A program made the position numbers and the translations under genes. Below are positions 57,731 to 64,000 of a stretch of 64,000 nt of DNA, piece after piece. This DNA comes from Acidobacteriota bacterium. Its GTDB lineage: Bacteria > Acidobacteriota > UBA6911 > RPQK01 > JADFOI01. Location: NCBI GenBank assembly GCA_963663035.1, contig OY760074.1, forward strand, positions 192,001 through 256,000, written 5' to 3'. Below the pieces are notes generated by a model that did no database searches, was not told where the DNA came from, and saw nothing but the letters and a program-made list of their open reading frames with translations. Position 1 is the first letter of the stretch. Each line of letters begins with the position of its first letter.

Positions 57731-58890
57731 CAACTCGCTCGATTGACTTTCGTCTTTTCGAAGGCTCGCTCCAGCACTTCCCCGGGTGTGCTCCAGAGAT
57801 AGCGATCCGAATCGGACACATAGTCGAGAAAACGCCGGTAGGCGTCCAGGGCAGGTGCGTTGCCGGAGAATCGGGCTTCGCAATGGGTCAGCAGCACAAC
57901 CACGCCTCCTGCACGGGAGATGGCCTCCCCACAGCGGATCCAGAAGTCGAGGGACTGGTTTGGAGAATAACCCAGAGCCTTGAGACTTCCGTCCCGAGGA
58001 AGGCTTATGGGAATCTCGACAATGCCTTCGATCTGAAAAGGTCGGGCGCTGGAACAACCGTTGTTGGGAACCGGAAAGAGCCCTCCAGATGTGGGTATGC
58101 TGGAGTCATAGCGGTAGAATTCCCGGAGGGATTTGAGCAGGCTGGGGGTGCGCAGCAGAGATGGGGAACGATAACCGATGATGTCATACCGCCCGATGAG
58201 CTCGCTTGCTCCTTGCAGTCTTTCTCTTTGCTGGTCGGGATCGCAGAAGGCCGTACGGTTGGCATGGTCGTGCCCGTGGATTCCGACCTCGTGTCCCCGA
58301 TGCTTCAGCTCGTCCAGCAAAGCATAATCGATCGGCCAGCCGCAGGGCACAATATAGCTGCTGGAGCGGGCGCCCACCTTCTCCTCTAAATCGAGAAACT
58401 TTCTCACAACGTTCTCCAGGCCTTCGAGTGAATCCAGGTCGTGAGAGAGCAGAACCGGTGTGGGACCCGAGCGGAAGGGTGATGGCTCACTCCCACACAG
58501 ATCGGACAGGAAGTCGACGCTCAAATCCAGGGGCCACCTGGGAAAAGTTGCCCAGCGCTCTGAGTGCCGACGCTTCCAGCGTCCAATCACCAAGGCTACC
58601 AGGCTGCGAAGCCTGGCCGGTACCATCTGGTAGGAAACCGGCAGTCGGGAGGAGACTGGCTGGTGGGGAGTATAGGCCGCCCGTGATCTCAAATCCTGGA
58701 TATCTCGAGGGTTAATGGGAGGGATCTCCGCTGGGATGGTCAAGTTGTCATCCGCGTCGAGGTTATCAATGAGCCCGCTTTTCTCCAGTGTGGACCGAGG
58801 GAGAGACACCTGCATGCCCTCTGCCCAGGCGACAGGCGAATCGGCTGGGACCTCTCTGATTCGCACGGGAATCAGCCTCTCAATGTCCAC
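57730..58890 (-). CDS. Polysaccharide deacetylase-like protein
   Basis: LSHDLD, HEVGIHGHDH, GYRSP, YDSS, LTH. Confidence 0.85.
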   Translation of the reverse strand: MDIERLIPVRIREVPADSPVAWAEGMQVSLPRSTLEKSGLIDNLDADDNLTIPAEIPPINPRDIQDLRSRAAYTPHQPVSSRLPVSYQMVPARLRSLVALVIGRWKRRHSERWATFPRWPLDLSVDFLSDLCGSEPSPFRSGPTPVLLSHDLDSLEGLENVVRKFLDLEEKVGARSSSYIVPCGWPIDYALLDELKHRGHEVGIHGHDHANRTAFCDPDQQRERLQGASELIGRYDIIGYRSPSLLRTPSLLKSLREFYRYDSSIPTSGGLFPVPNNGCSSARPFQIEGIVEIPISLPRDGSLKALGYSPNQSLDFWIRCGEAISRAGGVVVLLTHCEARFSGNAPALDAYRRFLDYVSDSDRYLWSTPGEVLERAFEKTKVNRAS

Positions 58891-59914
58891 GGCTGCCTTC
58901 GGCCTCCGGGTGTGCACTTCCCTCTGTGAGAATTGAAGGGTCAGTCTTTTCGGGTTTATGGGAGGACCTGGCCTGGTCGCTGATGAAATAGAGAGGCCGG
59001 CGAACAACCTCCGCATAGATACGGTAAAGATATTCCCCCACGATACCCATCAGGAAGCACTGGATTCCGAAGAACAGAGCCATGGTCATCATTTGGCTCG
59101 TCCACCCCAGCACCGGGTTGCCGGTCGACCAACTATAAAGCAAGTAAAGGGCTAGGACGATGGTCAGCAGAAAGGCCACGACTCCCACCAATGTAATCAG
59201 CCTCACTGGCAGGAAAGAAAACCCGATGAAGGCATCGTACATGGTGATGACCATCTTGCTGAGAGTCCAACCGGAGACGCCGGAAACACGCCGTTTGCGG
59301 TCGTAGTCGACCACCGCCTGTTCAAAGCCTGTCCAGGCTGCCAAGGCGAAGGTAATGCGGCTGCGCTCTTGAAACTGGCGCATGCACTCAGCTACTCGCC
59401 TGTCCACAAGGAAAAAGCTGCCGGTGGTAAATTGGGATCCGTGGGGCATGGCAAACCGGCGCAGCAGTCTGTAGAACAAATTGCTGGTGAGGATTCGCCA
59501 GAATCGATCCTTTCTGCTCTGACGACGTCCCCACACGATTTGGGCTCCACCTTCCCACTTCTTGAGGAACTCGAGAATCACTTCGGGGGGGTCCTGTAGA
59601 TCGCAGGCCAGGATGGTAATGACATCTCCTTCGGCCTGGGCAAAGCCCGCACTCAGTGCGGTATGGGAACCGAAGTTTCGTGACAGTCGAATGCCCTGGA
59701 ATCGGGGATCTCTCTTACAGATTTCACGAATGATCTCCCAGCTGTGGTCGTGGCTGCCATCTTCGATGAAGAGCACCTGGAAATCGTAGTCCGAGCGAGA
59801 AAGTAAGACTTCCTTGACCGACCGCTCGTAATCGGGCAGACTATCCTCCTCGTTGTACACGGCTGTGAGGATGACGACACGAGGAGATGTGCCTCCTGGG
59901 GGGGATTTACTCAT
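58880..59914 (-). CDS. GT2 glycosyltransferase (GtrB/ArnC-like, polyprenyl-phosphate)
   Basis: YNEE, DGSHD, LSRNFG, DLQDPPE, two TMs, GEYL.RIY.EV.RRPLY. Confidence 0.92.
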   Translation of the reverse strand: MSKSPPGGTSPRVVILTAVYNEEDSLPDYERSVKEVLLSRSDYDFQVLFIEDGSHDHSWEIIREICKRDPRFQGIRLSRNFGSHTALSAGFAQAEGDVITILACDLQDPPEVILEFLKKWEGGAQIVWGRRQSRKDRFWRILTSNLFYRLLRRFAMPHGSQFTTGSFFLVDRRVAECMRQFQERSRITFALAAWTGFEQAVVDYDRKRRVSGVSGWTLSKMVITMYDAFIGFSFLPVRLITLVGVVAFLLTIVLALYLLYSWSTGNPVLGWTSQMMTMALFFGIQCFLMGIVGEYLYRIYAEVVRRPLYFISDQARSSHKPEKTDPSILTEGSAHPEAEGSRGH

Positions 59915-60675
59915 GAAGTCTCCCACATCTGAAATTCGAGGCCCAGCAGTTCCTCCAGCTCGGAATTGGGTTGGGCATACCGATCCTGTAGCATTCTGAG
60001 GCTTTCCGCGGACAGGAGTTTTCCATTTTTCCTGGAGGGGTTACTCACTCCCACACTGGCCGCGTTCTCGGCTTGCACTGAAATCCCCAGAAACTCATAC
60101 AGGCTCCGGGCCAGCTCCTGAGGCTTGGTCATGATGTCTTCATATCTGAGACAAAGGATTTGTTCTCTGGGGAAGCGCTTGAAATAGGGGTAAAGCAGTT
60201 GCGCGTAAAGCCCGCGTGAGAAGTAGGCGTGAGGGCGAGCATAGCGCAGGTGCTCGGGAACGTCACGTTCTCGCTGCTCTTCCAGGTCCAGGGCCGTCTC
60301 AAAGTCTTCACTTTCCAATCCGTTCATGCTCGACCAAAGAAAGTTGGAGTAGGCTCGACCAGCAGGCTCGCGCAGGATGAAAAGCAGTTTCACCCGCGGC
60401 AGATGTTGATGGATTCGCTCGGCTGCTCGGGGACTCTCCAGGTAATTGGTGCTCTTTTCGCCGGCAAGCTGTTGATCGGGTGCGTTGGAGAACCACGTTC
60501 GCTCATAGTAATGGATGCCTTTCTGGTAGATCTCATCGACAAGAAAGAACTTGGGCTCGGGCTTCACGGGTACCGCCATGTAGACCTGCGGGTGGTGAGC
60601 CAGCAGATCGTAGAGCCAGGTGGTGCCACTGCGAGGAGCACCGCCAATCAGGAAATCGGGTAAGCGTTCAGGCAC
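59911..60675 (-). CDS. Sulfotransferase
   Basis: PDFLIGGAPRSGTT PAPS loop, KPEPKFF, GEKS, LREP..RAYS. Confidence 0.92.
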   Translation of the reverse strand: MPERLPDFLIGGAPRSGTTWLYDLLAHHPQVYMAVPVKPEPKFFLVDEIYQKGIHYYERTWFSNAPDQQLAGEKSTNYLESPRAAERIHQHLPRVKLLFILREPAGRAYSNFLWSSMNGLESEDFETALDLEEQRERDVPEHLRYARPHAYFSRGLYAQLLYPYFKRFPREQILCLRYEDIMTKPQELARSLYEFLGISVQAENAASVGVSNPSRKNGKLLSAESLRMLQDRYAQPNSELEELLGLEFQMWETS

Positions 60676-61534
60676 CGGACTTTCTCACCACAATAAAGAG
60701 GGTTGGGGCCAGGGGAAGGAAGCTCTTTCGATTCACAAAAGGAAAGTCGAGAAATTTCAGCGGGAACAGCAGTACGCAAAAAATCAGAGAGAGAGAAGCC
60801 TTGATCTTCTCCTGGCCAAAACTGAAAAGGATGGAAAGGAACTCGATCAGACAGACCAGTCCCAGGGTCACAGGACCTGTGGCGTTGATTTGCTCGATCA
60901 TTTCCCACTCCTTGAACAAAGCCTCCTGTCCTTTATGAGTATACCGCTGAAAGTCATGTGGGGAGGCATGAAAGGGGAACAGAAACGGGATCAAGTGCAG
61001 ACCCAGACCTCCCGGTCTGGTGCAGCGGTCGAATTGTTGGATGACCAGGGAGTTGTCGGAAATATGCTCCAGAACGCTTCGAGAGACAAAGGCATCCACG
61101 CTGTCGCTCTTAAACGGGAGCATCTTCAGATCGCACACCACATCCACGGCGTCATAGTCAAAGAAGTCAAGGGTGATGATATTTTCATCCATCCGGTAAT
61201 TCCCACAACCCACATCAACCACGATCTGCCGGGCCGGATCGAGACGCTGACAGATCTTGCCCCGAAAGTTGAACGGATAGGTGGGCGCAATCACATTGCG
61301 GCCGATCGTGTAATAGTATCGACCCAGCCACTTCTTCAGGAAGCCTTTGAGCTTGTCCAACTCGTCGACTCTCTCCGGCACTGAGACGAAGTAAATCTTT
61401 CCGCGCTGGATGGAATAGGCGGCCTGGCAGGGCTGGCAAGTCGCCTGGTCCAGCGTATAGTGCAAGTTCCCCTGACAGGCGGGACAGGCTAGGATGGGTT
61501 TTAGACGCTCCAGGCGATGGTTGGAATCGCTCAT
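60668..61534 (-). CDS. Methyltransferase with an N-terminal Trm112-like Zn ribbon
   Basis: LACPAC...CQPC, VDVGCG, VLEHI, PFH.SPHDFQRYT. Confidence 0.88.
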   Translation of the reverse strand: MSDSNHRLERLKPILACPACQGNLHYTLDQATCQPCQAAYSIQRGKIYFVSVPERVDELDKLKGFLKKWLGRYYYTIGRNVIAPTYPFNFRGKICQRLDPARQIVVDVGCGNYRMDENIITLDFFDYDAVDVVCDLKMLPFKSDSVDAFVSRSVLEHISDNSLVIQQFDRCTRPGGLGLHLIPFLFPFHASPHDFQRYTHKGQEALFKEWEMIEQINATGPVTLGLVCLIEFLSILFSFGQEKIKASLSLIFCVLLFPLKFLDFPFVNRKSFLPLAPTLFIVVRKSGA

Positions 61535-61542
61535 GGATTCCC

Positions 61543-62568
61543 TTAACTGGCCAAAATCTCCAACTTGCCCTGATTCTTCATCGATCGGGTAGCGGACTCA
61601 AGGATTTTGACGACGCGTAATCCGCTTTCTCCATCCGTTAAGGGTGTTTCACCCCTATCGATGCACTGGATGAAGTGAGACACCTCCGCTCGCAAGGCTT
61701 CGGTCCTGTCCAACTGAGGGGCCAACATGTCGCCCGATCGATATCCGACAAGCATCTCGTAGATGCTCTTCTGGTCTGCAGCAACATCGATTCCCTTATC
61801 GTACACCTTGACCTTCTCGCTGGGCTCAAGATCGTCGTAAACCACCATATTCTTGCTTCCGCTGATCAGAGTACGACGAATTTTGACCGGTGCAAGCCAA
61901 TTGACGTGAAGATGGGCAATCAAGGAGTTATCGAAGAACAGCGTCAGAAAGGCTATATTCTCGGGCTGGTCCTGGACATGGCTCATCCCGGTTGCAGACA
62001 CCGAGCGCGGCTGGGTGGAAAGGATGTAGTCCATGATCGACAGATCGTGGACGGCCAGATCCCAGATCACGTTGACATCATGCTGAAACAGTCCGAGATT
62101 AATGCGGACCGAATCGTAATAGAAAATATCTCCTAGCTTTCCGTTTTGGACCAACTCTTTGATCTTCTTTACGGCGCCCGTGTAGATAAAAGTGTGGTCA
62201 ACCATCAACACCCGATTCTTCCCGGCGCTTTGTTCGATCAGTTGTTGAGCTTGTTCTGAACTGGAGGCCAGGGGCTTTGTGACCAGGACGTGTTTCCCTT
62301 CCTGAAGCGCCCGATTGGCCAGATCAAAGTGGGTCGAAACGGGTGTGGCGATCACCACTGCATCTACAGTCGTGTCGGTGATGAGCTCGTGAGGGTCCGT
62401 TGTGACTTTGACTCCATGATAAAGCTGTTGTGCTTCAGCCAGCCTCTCCTGATCCAGATCAGAAATAGCCACCACCTGGCTTGCCGGAGTCAGAGCGAAA
62501 TTCCGAACCAGATTCGGTCCCCAATAACCGTAACCGATCACCCCAACCCGAATCATTTGTCTTGCCAA
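61543..62568 (-). CDS. Gfo/Idh/MocA family oxidoreductase
   Basis: GYGYWGPNLVRN, ATPVSTH, WDLAVHD. Confidence 0.92.
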   Translation of the reverse strand: MARQMIRVGVIGYGYWGPNLVRNFALTPASQVVAISDLDQERLAEAQQLYHGVKVTTDPHELITDTTVDAVVIATPVSTHFDLANRALQEGKHVLVTKPLASSSEQAQQLIEQSAGKNRVLMVDHTFIYTGAVKKIKELVQNGKLGDIFYYDSVRINLGLFQHDVNVIWDLAVHDLSIMDYILSTQPRSVSATGMSHVQDQPENIAFLTLFFDNSLIAHLHVNWLAPVKIRRTLISGSKNMVVYDDLEPSEKVKVYDKGIDVAADQKSIYEMLVGYRSGDMLAPQLDRTEALRAEVSHFIQCIDRGETPLTDGESGLRVVKILESATRSMKNQGKLEILAS

Positions 62569-62697
62569 GCCTCCTGGATAGAATGAGAAATTGGACTCTT
62601 GAGTCTTCAGAAGGGACTGATGAGGGACAGTTTGATAGTCACCAATTCATGGTAACACGGAACTCGCTTCGTTCGACGAGTGAGTCCGGTCACCGAC

Positions 62698-63906
62698 TCA
62701 CTCGGTCTCGACGGCCACTGCCACGGCTTCTCCTCCTCCCAAACAGAGGGAGGCGATGCCCGAGTGCAGTCCCCGATCTTTGAGGGCATGGACGAGGGTT
62801 GTGAGCAAGCGAGCGCCGGTGGCTCCCAGAGGATGGCCCAGCGCAATGGCACCGCCATTGACGTTGACCTTGTTCCAATCCCACCCCATATCGGAAAGCT
62901 CGGAGCCGTTGGCCAGAACCTGGGCAGCAAAGGCTTCGTTCAGCTCGATGAGATCCACATCTGACAGCTTCCAGCCGGTTTTCTCGAGCAGGAGAGGGAT
63001 CGCTTTGGCGGGGGCAGCAAAAATGTATTTTGGGTCCACCGCCGCCTGGGCATAGCCGACGATGCGAGCCAGGACCGTGGCGCCAAGCGCCTCGGCCTGG
63101 GTCTGGCTGGCCAGGACCAGGGCTGCTGCTGCATCGTTGAGGCCAGGGGAGTTGCCCGCGGTGACTTTACCGTCAGGCTTGAAGATGGGTTTGAGCTTCT
63201 TGAGCGCTTTCAGCGAGGTATCCCGACGAGGTGCTTCATCCGTATCAATCACACTCATCTGAGCCTTACGTCCTTTGACGGTGAGCGGGACAATCTCCTG
63301 CTTGAACCTGCCGCCATCGATTGCAGCGACCGCCTTCTCATGACTCGAGAGTGCAAAGCGATCCATGGCCTCGCGAGTGATCCCAAATTCATCGGCTATA
63401 AACTCAGCGGCCTCTCCCATGACCCAGTCCTCAAAGGCGCACCAGAGACCATCGACCACCAGGGCATCTCTCAGCCCGGCGTTTCCGTAGCGCAGCTGAT
63501 CCATGCGGCCATCCAGGATGTGGGGAGCCCGACTCATGCTCTCCACACCCCCCACTACGAACAAGTTCCCGTCCTCTGCTCGGATGGCCTGCGCCGCCAG
63601 CATCACGGCTTTGAGACTCGAGCCGCAAACCTTATTGATGGTGGTGGCACCGACCGTGCTGGGGAGTCCACCGAAAATAGCGGACTGGCGAGCGATGTTC
63701 TGGCCCAGGCCAGCTGAAACGACGTTCCCCATGAGCACTTCATCAATCTTTGCAAGATCTGGCAATGCTGCTCTTTCCACTGCCGCACGAACAACCGAAG
63801 CGCCCAATTCCGCAGCCGGGACCGGAGCCAGGGCCGATCGAAAGCGACCAATCGGTGTGCGCACAGCGCTCAAAATCACCGCACTGTCCAATCTGTTTAA
63901 GCTCAC
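62698..63906 (-). CDS. Acetyl-CoA C-acetyltransferase (thiolase)
   Basis: NKVCGSS, NEAFA, GGAIALGHPLGATG, LCLGGG. Confidence 0.95.
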   Translation of the reverse strand: MSLNRLDSAVILSAVRTPIGRFRSALAPVPAAELGASVVRAAVERAALPDLAKIDEVLMGNVVSAGLGQNIARQSAIFGGLPSTVGATTINKVCGSSLKAVMLAAQAIRAEDGNLFVVGGVESMSRAPHILDGRMDQLRYGNAGLRDALVVDGLWCAFEDWVMGEAAEFIADEFGITREAMDRFALSSHEKAVAAIDGGRFKQEIVPLTVKGRKAQMSVIDTDEAPRRDTSLKALKKLKPIFKPDGKVTAGNSPGLNDAAAALVLASQTQAEALGATVLARIVGYAQAAVDPKYIFAAPAKAIPLLLEKTGWKLSDVDLIELNEAFAAQVLANGSELSDMGWDWNKVNVNGGAIALGHPLGATGARLLTTLVHALKDRGLHSGIASLCLGGGEAVAVAVETE

Positions 63907-64000
63907 TGTTAATGACCTCCTAGATGCCTTCTTTGAGCAATTTCCTTACAAATGAGACAAGCTTTACTTGAAGGCTTCATTCCGGGATTCTGGCAGCGGG

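Overview
A GC-rich bacterial chromosomal window. The DUF1592/DUF1552/ankyrin cluster and the carboxypeptidase-regulatory+SPOR protein suggest Acidobacteriota (inference). It holds about 55 genes: metabolic genes (ilvC, ilvD, thiolase, FprA-like reductase, YbdK, ArsM), a NitT/TauT ABC transporter, an ActP-type symporter, an ECF sigma/anti-sigma operon, a MazEF-type TA pair and a 14-kb surface-glycan modification cluster. Main observations: (1) an exported rhodanese whose catalytic codon is an in-frame UGA followed by a hairpin, i.e. a selenoprotein that the ORF track truncates; (2) a candidate envelope-stress regulon made of an OmpR/HK pair divergent from a VWA-PspA-membrane operon, plus a Spy/CpxP-like gene 8 kb away that shares an 18/20 upstream direct-repeat box; (3) two near-identical IS1380-family copies with CTAG target duplications, and a family of hairpin-forming, modular MITE-like elements with IS-like ends that sit on stop codons and also occur as 22-bp empty forms; (4) an acyltransferase fused to a permuted NlpC/P60 domain; (5) several decaying genes. 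No rRNA, tRNA or CRISPR array was seen. All family assignments come from motif recognition by eye, not database searches.
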